Source of the DNA: a virus
Direction: 5' to 3' (one strand)
DNA length: 64,000 bases
Virus record (IMG/VR): IMGVR_UViG_3300021963_000034
Span: 1-64,000 of that record
Shown: positions 46,508-56,401 of the stretch, one piece after another
How positions within the stretch are numbered: the stretch's first letter is position 1
How the letters are laid out: each line of letters starts with the position of its first letter
Made by a program: the position numbers and the translations under genes
The notes under the pieces: generated by a model
What the model was told of the DNA's origin: nothing
Database searches by the model: none
Seen by the model: the letters and a program-made list of their open reading frames with translations, nothing else

Positions 46508-47758
46508 TTAGTAACCTATTGGGTGATCTGTGTAGTCTGTACTGTATATTGGTTCTAGTTCTTGGAATGATAATGTCATTGTATATGCAACCATAGTTCC
46601 ATCATCATAAGTCATGTAGGTTCCCAGTGGCGTATAGTCAACCGCACAGTTTAGAAGAGCACATTCTTTAATTTGATTTATGCCAGTGTGGGTTGTTTCT
46701 CCTCCTTTAAGTTTATATTCGATGAAAAAAGTTTTTGGAGCCTTAAGGAAGATATTATCATCTGTTTTTCTTGGTGCCATATTTTCCTTGAAAAACTTGA
46801 TAATTTTTTTGATGTTATTCGCTTCTCTCTTTTCTCTTGCTGACATTTTAAATGTAAAGTCAAAAGGTCTTAGTTGTGGACCAGTAAAGAGAAGTTCTAA
46901 GTTTGGGTTCAATACTGAACCAAATCTTCCAAGTAGGTTTTGAATACCTACTGCTTCTCCTGCAAGGGCAACTCTTACTTCGTCTCCATACTTAACGACA
47001 TTTGCCAGTGCCTTATTGCCACTCTGCTCAAAAGCTGTACCTAAATCTTTGGTTGTTTGTGCTTTCATAGCATTGAGAGACAAGTTCACAAGTTCTCTGT
47101 CAACTACATTTAAACTTGCACCTTGCCAATCAACTGAGTTTGAATCTGTAATAGAGGCTTGAATTGGTAAAAATACATGTGGACCAGATCTAGTCTTTGT
47201 TCTGTTTGGAGAACTGAGACCAGATGATAAATTTCCACTTGCTTGATATTCAACTGCAGTAAATTTAATTCTATCTTGATCTGTCCCTCTCATTCCAAGT
47301 GGGTAAATTAATACGCCATCATCTTGTGGTTTTTGTTGTTGTATTTGTTGAGTTGGATTACTTCCACTCTGCTGGTCTGGAGTTCCAGCAGTACTAGCAG
47401 TATTTCCACTTCCACCACCAATCTGACTTAACGTTGATTGTTGTATTGGAGTGCCGATAGGTTCAAAGAAAGTTTTTTCAGTTGATCTTACTTGATCTCT
47501 TCTAACTTGATTTAAAGTTGAGTTTGGATTTGCAAGAAGTTTTTGTTCTTCTGCGGAAGCGTTGACTGTGTTTATTGATCTAGCAACAGGACCACCACCA
47601 GCTGGAGTTGCGTAACCCGCAATAGGTACATCGTTTTTTCCTTGAGAATCTGTTCGAAATAAAGTAGTACTAAAAGTACCATCTCCTTGATCGGTTACTT
47701 GTGTTCTATAAAAATTGTTACCTACTTTATTGACACCGCTTACTGCAATTTTTGCCAT
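46508..47758 (-). CDS. g48: baseplate tail-tube cap gp48-like
   Basis: NPNLELLF.GP.LR.F.F.F, IK.II.FFK, L.FQELEP. Confidence 0.85.
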   Translation of the reverse strand: MAKIAVSGVNKVGNNFYRTQVTDQGDGTFSTTLFRTDSQGKNDVPIAGYATPAGGGPVARSINTVNASAEEQKLLANPNSTLNQVRRDQVRSTEKTFFEPIGTPIQQSTLSQIGGGSGNTASTAGTPDQQSGSNPTQQIQQQKPQDDGVLIYPLGMRGTDQDRIKFTAVEYQASGNLSSGLSSPNRTKTRSGPHVFLPIQASITDSNSVDWQGASLNVVDRELVNLSLNAMKAQTTKDLGTAFEQSGNKALANVVKYGDEVRVALAGEAVGIQNLLGRFGSVLNPNLELLFTGPQLRPFDFTFKMSAREKREANNIKKIIKFFKENMAPRKTDDNIFLKAPKTFFIEYKLKGGETTHTGINQIKECALLNCAVDYTPLGTYMTYDDGTMVAYTMTLSFQELEPIYSTDYTDHPIGY

Positions 47759-47773
47759 TAGACACAGCGTTTT

Positions 47774-48172
47774 TTATTTATTTAGACGGAATTTTGCATA
47801 AGGTATAGAAAGCATTTCATCAAGTTCTTCATATTTAACAGTATATAATTTTCCCGCAACTTCTTCCCAAGTATAATTTCTATATTTTTCCCAATGAAAA
47901 TTGATTCCTCTGAATCCCCAATTTTTAAGATCTACGCAAGCAATTAAAGGATGTTGATCGTATTCAATATCTGGAGTTTTTGGATTATATACAAATGTAT
48001 AAAATTTTCCTATTTCTGGATATAATGCATCTTCTTTTAATACTTCCATAATAATTAGCATTAAATCTTCTGGGTCGTTAGTTCCTGCATCAATAATTTT
48101 TTTTCTAAGTTCTCTCATTCTTGGTGGAACGTTAGAATACTGATTAGAATACTGACCAAAACCCTCTGCCAT
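47774..48172 (-). CDS. g2: DNA end protector gp2-like
   Basis: FVYNPKT..YDQHPL..GFRGINFHW. Confidence 0.75.
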   Translation of the reverse strand: MAEGFGQYSNQYSNVPPRMRELRKKIIDAGTNDPEDLMLIIMEVLKEDALYPEIGKFYTFVYNPKTPDIEYDQHPLIACVDLKNWGFRGINFHWEKYRNYTWEEVAGKLYTVKYEELDEMLSIPYAKFRLNK

Positions 48173-48624
48173 TATTTGATACCTAATTCGTTTTCTGTAA
48201 TTATGAGGAACTTAATCATTCTGTCTTCGCACCATTCTCGAATAGAATTCCATTTAGATTGATTAACAGCATATGTATTTACTTCATTAATATATGTTTT
48301 TGTTTTCTTATTTCCTTGAACTGGTGGTATAGTTTGTTTTCTTGGTTTTATTTCTATAACATATTTCTGTGTTTTTCCGTTACTTTCTAATACTTCAATA
48401 ATAAAATCTGGAAAGTATCTACATACTCGTTGTTTTACTGGATTATAATATGGAATACAAAATTCTTCTGAACCATATTTCAAAATATTAGAAGACCTAT
48501 CACACCATTGCATAAATTTAAGTTCCCATCCACTACGATATACTATGTTTTGAGGATCTCCAATATATTTTTCTGGATTTCTTGGATGGAAATACCCTTG
48601 ATGATACTTTGGTTCACGACGCAT
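48172..48624 (-). CDS. g4: head completion nuclease gp4
   Basis: YRSGWE, GSEE, RYFPDF, EIKP, VNQSKW, ITE.ELG. Confidence 0.9.
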   Translation of the reverse strand: MRREPKYHQGYFHPRNPEKYIGDPQNIVYRSGWELKFMQWCDRSSNILKYGSEEFCIPYYNPVKQRVCRYFPDFIIEVLESNGKTQKYVIEIKPRKQTIPPVQGNKKTKTYINEVNTYAVNQSKWNSIREWCEDRMIKFLIITENELGIK

Positions 48625-48973
48625 TTTTCCAACCTTTATGCGATTTTCTCTTTCTAGATAAAAGTTCTGATAGGTGACCCGTACTTAAATTTAATTCTTT
48701 TGCTGCTTTAGTAATACAATCAAATTCAAAAATTTTTCCATCTTTTATAATTTTTCCACCCTTATGTAAATGTGGTTTACTTTTTTGTGCAGATAAACTC
48801 ATTTTCTTTTTAGTTTTTTCTGAATGTTTTTTTCCTAACATTCCAGGAAAATGATATCCGCTTTGAGTGTATTCAAAAGTTTCTTCATATGTTGTAGCAC
48901 CATCTACATTAAAAAGTTCGCATAATTTTGTTGTATCAAATTTATACATATATGTTTTAATACTTTCTGCCAT
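48614..48973 (-). mobile_element. NUMOD3/HTH protein, homing-endonuclease derivative without a recognisable nuclease domain
   Basis: GKKHSEKTKKKMS (NUMOD3) and C-terminal FDCITKAAKELNL..HKGW. Confidence 0.65.
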
Positions 48974-49012
48974 TTTCCAGCATACATAATATAATAGTAA
49001 AAGTATTTATAA

Positions 49013-49942
49013 ATGCCTGGAAGAGAGGACTTAATCCAAAGAAATATAACCAGAGCAGCAGCACAAGGACAACCTCCTGTGCCCGGAGTTCCACTACCTT
49101 CGAATAATTTTACTTCAGGATCAGGAAGTAGTCCGGGAAATGCCAATCCATCTATGAATTCAACGGCAGAGGTTCCTTCTGGACCAAAACCACAAAGAGT
49201 TCCTAATTATGAAATAAAATCAAAGTTATTAAGACCTGCATTAACTTCACATTTTCAATGCATTTTTAATCCACCCAATGTAGATACCATAAGAAGATAC
49301 TATCTGGAAGGTGGAAAAATAATTACTTTATTGTGCAGTGAAGCCTCTTTACCAGGTTCATCCGTTCTTACTAATGAAATCAATGATGATTATACTGGCG
49401 TAACCGAGAGAATAGGTTATCGTAAACAGTATGATGATAGAGCAGACTTTACTTTTTATGTTGATCAAGGAACTCAGAATGGTGGTTATAATGTAATTAG
49501 ATTGTTTGAAGAATGGATAAGATATGCTATGGGTGAAAAGGAGACAACTGGTGCAAATTATAGTTATAGAGTGAGATTTCCAGACGAACCTGGAAGTGGA
49601 TATAGGACTGATATGTTCATTCAAAAATTTGAAAAAGATTTTGGTGGAAATTATTTGGAGTATGTTTTCGTAAAGGCATATCCAATTAGTATTGCATCTA
49701 TGCCAGTTTCTTACGATTCTTCTCAATTACTAAAATGTACAGTTTCTTTTACTTACAATCGTTATGTTCTTAGATTACGTCAGAATGTGCAAGAAAAAGA
49801 ACCACAACCATCAACACCACCAGGAGTTCCAAAAAAACCAGAATATTATGGACCTGGATTGCCTGGAGAACAAGCAAACGAACTTCGAAGAGGTCTCCTT
49901 GAAGACTTTATTGTAAGACAGCAAAATAATCCTCTTTTTTAA
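49013..49942 (+). CDS. tail-tube-fold baseplate protein (gp54/gp19-like)
   Basis: LLCSEASLPG, FTFYVD, AYPISI..PVSY, TVSFTY. Confidence 0.65.
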   Translation: MPGREDLIQRNITRAAAQGQPPVPGVPLPSNNFTSGSGSSPGNANPSMNSTAEVPSGPKPQRVPNYEIKSKLLRPALTSHFQCIFNPPNVDTIRRYYLEGGKIITLLCSEASLPGSSVLTNEINDDYTGVTERIGYRKQYDDRADFTFYVDQGTQNGGYNVIRLFEEWIRYAMGEKETTGANYSYRVRFPDEPGSGYRTDMFIQKFEKDFGGNYLEYVFVKAYPISIASMPVSYDSSQLLKCTVSFTYNRYVLRLRQNVQEKEPQPSTPPGVPKKPEYYGPGLPGEQANELRRGLLEDFIVRQQNNPLF

Positions 49943-49991
49943 TATCTAATAAAAACAATAAATAATCACACTGAAACTTCTATAGGACATT

Positions 49992-50711
49992 ATGCCTTTA
50001 CCTAAGATCTCTACGCCAACTTATGAACTTGAGTTGCCATCTACAGGACAATTAATTAAGTATAGACCTTTTCTAGTAAGAGAAGAAAAACTTTTAGTTC
50101 TTGCTCTAGAATCTGAAGATACCAAACAGATTACCACAGCAATTAAAACTGTTATTAAAAATTGTATAGAAACAAAAAATGTTAAGGTAGAATTGTTACC
50201 TACATTTGATATTGAATTTATCTTTTTAAATATTAGAGGTAAGTCAGTCGGTGAAGAAATTGAGGTAAATATTATCTGCCCAGATGATGGTGAAACGACA
50301 GTACCTATTAAAATAAATGTAGATGATATTCGGGTTCAAAAAAATCCTGAGCATAGTAAGAGAATTAAAGTCGATAACTCTATCATGATGGAAATGCGGT
50401 ATCCATCTCTGGATCAATTTATTAAGAGTAACTTCGATTTCTCTGCAGATAATACAATGGATCAATCTTTTGAATTAATCTCTTCATGTATTGACAAAAT
50501 TTTTACAGAAGAAGAAGTATGGTCTGCCTCTGATGTAACCAAAAAAGAACTTATGGAATTCCTAGATCAAATGAATTCTAGTCAATTTAAAGAGATTGAG
50601 AAGTTCTTTGAAACAATGCCTAAACTTTCGCATACAATTAAGGTCACAAATCCAAATACTGAAATTGAAAGTGAAGTAGTTCTAGAAGGGTTATCAAGTT
50701 TTTTCGCATAG
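49992..50711 (+). CDS. g26: baseplate hub subunit gp26-like
   Basis: MPLPKI.TPTYEL.LPS, YRPFLV.EEK, FL.IRGKSVGE, GL.SFF. Confidence 0.88.
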   Translation: MPLPKISTPTYELELPSTGQLIKYRPFLVREEKLLVLALESEDTKQITTAIKTVIKNCIETKNVKVELLPTFDIEFIFLNIRGKSVGEEIEVNIICPDDGETTVPIKINVDDIRVQKNPEHSKRIKVDNSIMMEMRYPSLDQFIKSNFDFSADNTMDQSFELISSCIDKIFTEEEVWSASDVTKKELMEFLDQMNSSQFKEIEKFFETMPKLSHTIKVTNPNTEIESEVVLEGLSSFFA

Positions 50712-50713
50712 GT

Positions 50714-50884
50714 ATGTCCCATATGGACTTGGAAAATTATTTCAAACTAAATTTTTCCTTAATACAGTACCATAAATATTCATTAACAGAGATTGAAAAC
50801 TTGATACCTTGGGAAAGGGATGTATACGTTGGATTGTTAAAAAATCATCTGGAAGAAGAAGAACTTAAGCAACAACAACGATAA
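50714..50884 (+). CDS. g51: baseplate hub assembly protein gp51-like (56 aa)
   Basis: NF.L.QYHKYSLTEIENLIPWERDVY; not in ORF track. Confidence 0.8.
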   Translation: MSHMDLENYFKLNFSLIQYHKYSLTEIENLIPWERDVYVGLLKNHLEEEELKQQQR

Positions 50885-53374
50885 ATGAACTCAGTATCCG
50901 AAAAAATAGATGAAAGAATTCTGAGGTTACTGGGACTTCAATATACGTTTGACCTTGATTATGATACCTACTTAACTCTCATTAGGGAGGCAATGGTTTC
51001 TGGCGCAGGCAAATTACCACAAGAGGAACTTGCTCTCCTTGCAAATGAAAGAAAGAGAGTAAGAGGAAAGAAGGGTAGATTTAAACCAAAGAAGCAAAAA
51101 ATAACTGCAGGAAAATTTGCAACTACTAAGTTTCTAAAACCAACTGTTCAACCAGTATCTACCCCACTCCTGTCTGGATCAGTTGAACCACAAACTCAGT
51201 TAGTTAATTTATCGCCACTCCAAGGTCCTATTGAATCTATAAAGAAAACATTATCATCTTTCTTTGATTTTAGAAAAGATGCTGGTGAACAGGAGAGAAG
51301 AGACTACGAATTTCAAAAAAGATCTAAAAGAGAGGAGGGTCTTGAGGGCATAAAGAAGGGGATGGGTGCAGTCTCCGATGCCGTACAGAAATTTATTTCT
51401 CCTTTTCAGGGTATTATTGATAGAATTTGGAGATTTATTTACTTTACTTTATTGGGTAGAGCATTTACTCAACTTGTAAATTGGTTTGGTGATTCTAAAA
51501 ATAAAAAGAAGGTTGAAGTTTTAAAGAGATTTTTGAAGGATTGGTGGCCCTCTCTTCTTGCAGCGGCAGGATTCTTTTTTACTCCATTTGGAAAATTTGT
51601 TAGAGGGATTTTATCAATTGTTGGTGGATTAACTGGTAGATTAATATCGTTAATACCAAGAATTTCTGGTGCAGTAAAGGGACTTAGTAGAGTTTTACTT
51701 AATCCTTGGGTTGCTGTTCCTGCAGCAGCAGTTGGATTAGCAGCCGCTGCAAATGAAGTTACTGGACAAAGAAAAGCAGCAGGAGTACAAGCAGAGAACA
51801 AAGCAAGAGCACAGACTGGAAAGGGTCTAGGTGTTCAGGGAACTGACACTATGACAGATAAAGTTCCTAGTGTTGGTAACATGGGTGCTACAACACCTTA
51901 TGGACTCTTACAACAAGCTGCCCGTGGCGGTTCTGTGATGGATGGGTATTATGGTATTGATCATAGTACTGGACAAAGGATATCTGGATTTGGTCCTGAC
52001 ACACAATTAATCGCTGCACAACCTGGTGAAGTTGTTATTAATAAGAAAACTGTAGATGCTGTTGGTGCAGATACATTTTTAAGTTTAAATCATTACTATG
52101 GCGGTAGTGGTGCAAATCAACCTAAGTTTGGTAGATTATTTAATACTGGTGGAATTGTTGGTGGATTATCCCGTGGTGTTACAAAATTAGCAACTCCAAT
52201 CGAGAGAGCTATTAACTTTGCATTTCCGGTGGGAGGAAGAAAACCAACAACTAAAGGGCTTCGTGGCGCTCCTCTTAAAAGAATTATGCATGGCACCTCA
52301 TTTGGAGCACCTGAGTCTATTCGTGCTACAGGATTTAGAGAACAAATGGGAATGCTGGGGAAAGGTGTTTACGGTAGCGTAAAAGGTTGGGTTTCTGATA
52401 CTTATAGAGGTGCTGGTAAATTTAAAGGAATTTTACCTGGACAAGGACCAAGATTGGATATGTTAGTTCCTCAAGGAGCAAGAACATTAAGAGGTGCTAC
52501 AGTTGTTTCTGCCAGACAAGCAAATAGAGGTCTAAGAATTGCTGAAGGTATTATGAGTGGGAGGTATACTGGTGCTAAGGCAAGGTCATTAATGCCACTA
52601 TTGACTAGACAGACACCATCTATGGGTCGTGTATTAACAACAAGTGCTGCCAGACTTGGTGGTAGATTTGTTGGCGCTCTAAATGCGCCGATAATTGGAG
52701 ACATGCTTGACCCTGCAGGTACTGCAATGTACGATCAACTTAGCGGTCCTTATGCATATTACAATGCACCTGGATATAGAGGACCAAAACCACTAAGAAG
52801 GCAAGGTGGTGGAGAGATATCTGGATCAATAACTCCTGAAGAGGGAATGCGTGGATACCAGATGGCTTTAAAGAAAAAAGAACTTCCTGACTGGATAATA
52901 ACTGAATTAGGGAGAGAGATATGGGATGCTAAGTATGGTCCTGCTGCTAGAGGTGGTGCTGCTTTGAAAAAATACTATGGTGGTGGATTAGTTAAAGAAA
53001 ATACTGGAATGAATATTCGTGGTGCAACTGCTGATAGACAAATGACTGCACTTCAACCTGGTGAATATGTTTTACCTGTTGACACAGTTTCTCGTCTTGG
53101 AACTTCTTTGATTGATAAACTTGTAGCATTTACTGACAGCAATTCAAACCCCGCAAAATTAGGTAAGAAAAATATCAATAGACCAAATATTACTCCACTA
53201 TCCAATGGTGGAGGGAGTGGAGTGATTACTCTTCCGCCAATTACACAATCAACCTCTGGAGGATCTGCAGGTTCTCGTGGTGCTGGATCAAGAGTTCCTC
53301 CATTTCCTGCGACTTCTCCAACTGCTATTGAAGTAAGATCTATGAATGCTAGTATCTATGGGATTGTAGGATAA
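50885..53374 (+). CDS. large tail/tape-measure-like protein with an internal ADP-ribosyltransferase-like segment
   Basis: Helical N-half, repeated GG...AQPGE units, MHGTS...GF...GMLGKGVY. Confidence 0.6.
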   Translation: MNSVSEKIDERILRLLGLQYTFDLDYDTYLTLIREAMVSGAGKLPQEELALLANERKRVRGKKGRFKPKKQKITAGKFATTKFLKPTVQPVSTPLLSGSVEPQTQLVNLSPLQGPIESIKKTLSSFFDFRKDAGEQERRDYEFQKRSKREEGLEGIKKGMGAVSDAVQKFISPFQGIIDRIWRFIYFTLLGRAFTQLVNWFGDSKNKKKVEVLKRFLKDWWPSLLAAAGFFFTPFGKFVRGILSIVGGLTGRLISLIPRISGAVKGLSRVLLNPWVAVPAAAVGLAAAANEVTGQRKAAGVQAENKARAQTGKGLGVQGTDTMTDKVPSVGNMGATTPYGLLQQAARGGSVMDGYYGIDHSTGQRISGFGPDTQLIAAQPGEVVINKKTVDAVGADTFLSLNHYYGGSGANQPKFGRLFNTGGIVGGLSRGVTKLATPIERAINFAFPVGGRKPTTKGLRGAPLKRIMHGTSFGAPESIRATGFREQMGMLGKGVYGSVKGWVSDTYRGAGKFKGILPGQGPRLDMLVPQGARTLRGATVVSARQANRGLRIAEGIMSGRYTGAKARSLMPLLTRQTPSMGRVLTTSAARLGGRFVGALNAPIIGDMLDPAGTAMYDQLSGPYAYYNAPGYRGPKPLRRQGGGEISGSITPEEGMRGYQMALKKKELPDWIITELGREIWDAKYGPAARGGAALKKYYGGGLVKENTGMNIRGATADRQMTALQPGEYVLPVDTVSRLGTSLIDKLVAFTDSNSNPAKLGKKNINRPNITPLSNGGGSGVITLPPITQSTSGGSAGSRGAGSRVPPFPATSPTAIEVRSMNASIYGIVG

Positions 53375-56300
53375 TGGCAATTAACACTCAAAAGTTTTTA
53401 CCATCAGCAAAAACTACTGCAATTGCTAAGATTGGTGGATCAAATGCATCATCAAGTATTGTAGGTAAAAAAAGTATAAGTGCCGGTAAATTAATGGCAC
53501 TATCTCAAAAACGCAATGATGAAAGTGTTGATATTGTAAAAAGATCTTTAATTGATGTTGATTCCCTTTTAAGATCTGTTTTAAGTGAAGACAGAAAAAC
53601 AGAAACTGTAAAAAATGTAAGAAAGCAACAAGAAGAAAGTCAAGAAAGAGAGACTAAATTAGAAACTCCTAAAGAATCTAAGAAGTTTAACTTGCCAAAA
53701 GTTTCTCTTCCCGGAATGAGTTTTCTTGATAGAATAAAAAGATTTTTATTTTTCACTGGACTTGGGTGGTTATTTACAAGATTTCAAGAACAACTACCAA
53801 AGTTAACTGCCATTGTTAAAATTATTACTCCAATTTATGGAGTTGTTGAAAATATATTCAAATTCATTTTAGAGTCTGTTGTTAATTTTATAGATCGAGG
53901 ATATCAAACTTATGACAAAATAAGATCTATAGTAAAGAGTGTTGGTGGAGAAAAGGCACAGCAAGACTTTGATAAACTTTCTAGTAAATTAAATGAATAC
54001 ATTAACTATGTTTTTATTGGAGGAATGGCACTCACTGGTGCTATTACAACCTTTACTAAAAATGCAAAAAATTATAAACCACCTAAACCACCAACTCCAA
54101 CTCCACCAAGAGGTCCATTACAGAGAGTAGTTAGACCTGCTCAAGCAGCAGCAATAAAGGCATCTAGAGCAGCTATAGGAAAGCAAGCAACACGTCAATT
54201 ATTGAAACTTGCAAAAGGTCCATTATCAAGACTTCCTATTCTTGGTGGGTTAATTGAATTTGGACTTTCTTGGGCTCTTGGAGATCCTGTAGGTAAAGCA
54301 GCATTTAGAGGAGTTGGAACTTTACTTCTTGGTGCTGTTGGTTCTTTAATTATGCCCGGGTTTGGAACGTTTATTGGTGGTTGGGCTGGCGCAGAACTTG
54401 CTGGAAAATTGTATGAGGTTCTTTTTGAGAATAAAAAACCAGGAGCAACTGTTCAAACTCAAAGACATGGTGGAAAGATTAAACGTTATGCCAAAGGTGG
54501 TCAAGTTCTTGGTTCTAAGGGTAGAACTTTAACAATTCAAAAATCTAAGAAACCATATGTTGCACCACAATCAACTCAACCTGGTAAGGATGTAGGTGGA
54601 AAGAAAAAGATAGAATACTTATATCCAAATCCATCTGGTGGAACATTTTTTAGCAAAAAATTAACTTTAGATGAGTGGTTAAGAACCGGTAGTGGTGGTA
54701 CTTATGAAGACTATTTAAAGGAATATGACAATAGAAAAACTAAACCCAATGCATACAAAGCATTGACTGGTGTTGCTGAAATTTTAAAGGATATTCCTTT
54801 TGGAATTGGTTCTTTGATGGGTGGAGCAGTTGATGTTGCATTGGGTCAAAAATTAGACAGAGGGACTTTGAAAGGTATAAGTTATGGTCTTGAAAATCTT
54901 TTTAGTTCTTTTAGGGCAATATCTGAAAAATCTACACAAGGACTTTATGGTGTTCAGAAAGAAATTTCTACAATGCAGACTGGCGGAGTTATTGGTAGAA
55001 CTTCTGGTATGGGTTCAGTTGAGGTTGACCCCTTAAAAATTATTGGCGTAAGTATAAAGCAAAAAGTTGATGAGGCACTTAGAGAGGTTCAGAAACAAAT
55101 CTCCTTAAAAAAAGAAGAGAAAAAAATCACTCCTGGCGGAGAAACAGGACCATCTGCTCCACCACAAAGAGGGCCTGGAGGTGGAGGTGGAGGTGGACCA
55201 TCTCCAACTGGAGAAAATGGAAGATTGTCAGAATCTGTTCTTAAATCTGTTGGTCAGGGAAGATGTCGTGGTGGATGTAGATTATGGACTCCTGCGGCTA
55301 ATGCCTATTTAAAAATGAAAGCAGATGCTGCAAAAGATAAAATTAATTTTCAATTGGAAAGTGCTTATAGAAGTTATGAACACCAGGCAGAACTTCGTAA
55401 AGATTATGAAGAGGGTAGAGGTCCATTAGCAGCTCTTCCAGGAAAATCGGATCACGGTTTAGGAAAAGCAATTGATTTATATCCAGAAGCGGCGCAAGAT
55501 TGGGTTAGAGCGAACGGAAGAAAATACGGTTGGTATTGGCCTCCAGAAACTGGAGAACCTTGGCACTTTGTTTATGTTGGTGGAGGAAGACTTGAACCAC
55601 AAAAACAACAAACACCAATACCAAAACAACAACCGCAAATACCAGATAATCAAAATTATGGAGTAAAAGATGGTGAGCAAAAAAGAGTCAAATATAATAA
55701 TCAAAACTATGTGATTGCCAGAGACAAAGGTAGGTGGAGAATTTATAAGGTAAATCCAACAACTGGATTACTCGAAGAAGTTGACAGAACAGATCAAAGA
55801 TTCTTAAAGGTGCTTGAAGAGTATAGAAAAACTCAGTCTCCAACTTCGCCCAAACCTTCAGGACAACAACCAAAAGCAAAGAAATCTGGACAAGCTTCTT
55901 GGTATGGTCCTGGATTTCAAGGAGGGAGAACAGCGAGTGGTGAAGTTTATGATATGAATAAATTTACTGCAGCAAGTCCTACTTTGCCATTTGGTACTAA
56001 AGTTACAGTTACTAATAAGGCAAATGGTAAGAGCGTTGTTGTTACAATTAATGATAGAGGTCCATTTGAACCAGATTTAGTTACTCCTCATAGAACAAGG
56101 GTTATCGATCTATCAAAAGCAGCGATGGATAAACTTGGTGGTCTTGGATCTGGTGTAATTAATGTTGATCTTAATTATCAAGGTGGTGGACTTATTCCAA
56201 AACAGTCTCCAAAGAATAGAACATCATCACTCTCAATGTATCCATCATATTCGGAAGGTGGTGTGCGAATTGCTATTCAACCTATGATTATTGAAAAAGT

Positions 56301-56400
56301 AGTTCCTGTTCCTACTCCTTCTGGTGGAAATAGATCAGTAACATTTCCTGTTTCTGCTGGGGTAAATAATAGTAACATGGAAAGTTTAAGTAGAGGATAA
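53374..56400 (+). CDS. large tail-associated protein with M15 peptidase and RlpA-like lytic transglycosylase domains
   Basis: SAYRSY..Q, PGKSDHG.G.AIDL, EPWHF; ASWYGPGF.G..TASGE, NDRGPF, IDLS. Confidence 0.8.
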   Translation: MAINTQKFLPSAKTTAIAKIGGSNASSSIVGKKSISAGKLMALSQKRNDESVDIVKRSLIDVDSLLRSVLSEDRKTETVKNVRKQQEESQERETKLETPKESKKFNLPKVSLPGMSFLDRIKRFLFFTGLGWLFTRFQEQLPKLTAIVKIITPIYGVVENIFKFILESVVNFIDRGYQTYDKIRSIVKSVGGEKAQQDFDKLSSKLNEYINYVFIGGMALTGAITTFTKNAKNYKPPKPPTPTPPRGPLQRVVRPAQAAAIKASRAAIGKQATRQLLKLAKGPLSRLPILGGLIEFGLSWALGDPVGKAAFRGVGTLLLGAVGSLIMPGFGTFIGGWAGAELAGKLYEVLFENKKPGATVQTQRHGGKIKRYAKGGQVLGSKGRTLTIQKSKKPYVAPQSTQPGKDVGGKKKIEYLYPNPSGGTFFSKKLTLDEWLRTGSGGTYEDYLKEYDNRKTKPNAYKALTGVAEILKDIPFGIGSLMGGAVDVALGQKLDRGTLKGISYGLENLFSSFRAISEKSTQGLYGVQKEISTMQTGGVIGRTSGMGSVEVDPLKIIGVSIKQKVDEALREVQKQISLKKEEKKITPGGETGPSAPPQRGPGGGGGGGPSPTGENGRLSESVLKSVGQGRCRGGCRLWTPAANAYLKMKADAAKDKINFQLESAYRSYEHQAELRKDYEEGRGPLAALPGKSDHGLGKAIDLYPEAAQDWVRANGRKYGWYWPPETGEPWHFVYVGGGRLEPQKQQTPIPKQQPQIPDNQNYGVKDGEQKRVKYNNQNYVIARDKGRWRIYKVNPTTGLLEEVDRTDQRFLKVLEEYRKTQSPTSPKPSGQQPKAKKSGQASWYGPGFQGGRTASGEVYDMNKFTAASPTLPFGTKVTVTNKANGKSVVVTINDRGPFEPDLVTPHRTRVIDLSKAAMDKLGGLGSGVINVDLNYQGGGLIPKQSPKNRTSSLSMYPSYSEGGVRIAIQPMIIEKVVPVPTPSGGNRSVTFPVSAGVNNSNMESLSRG

Positions 56401-56401
56401 A

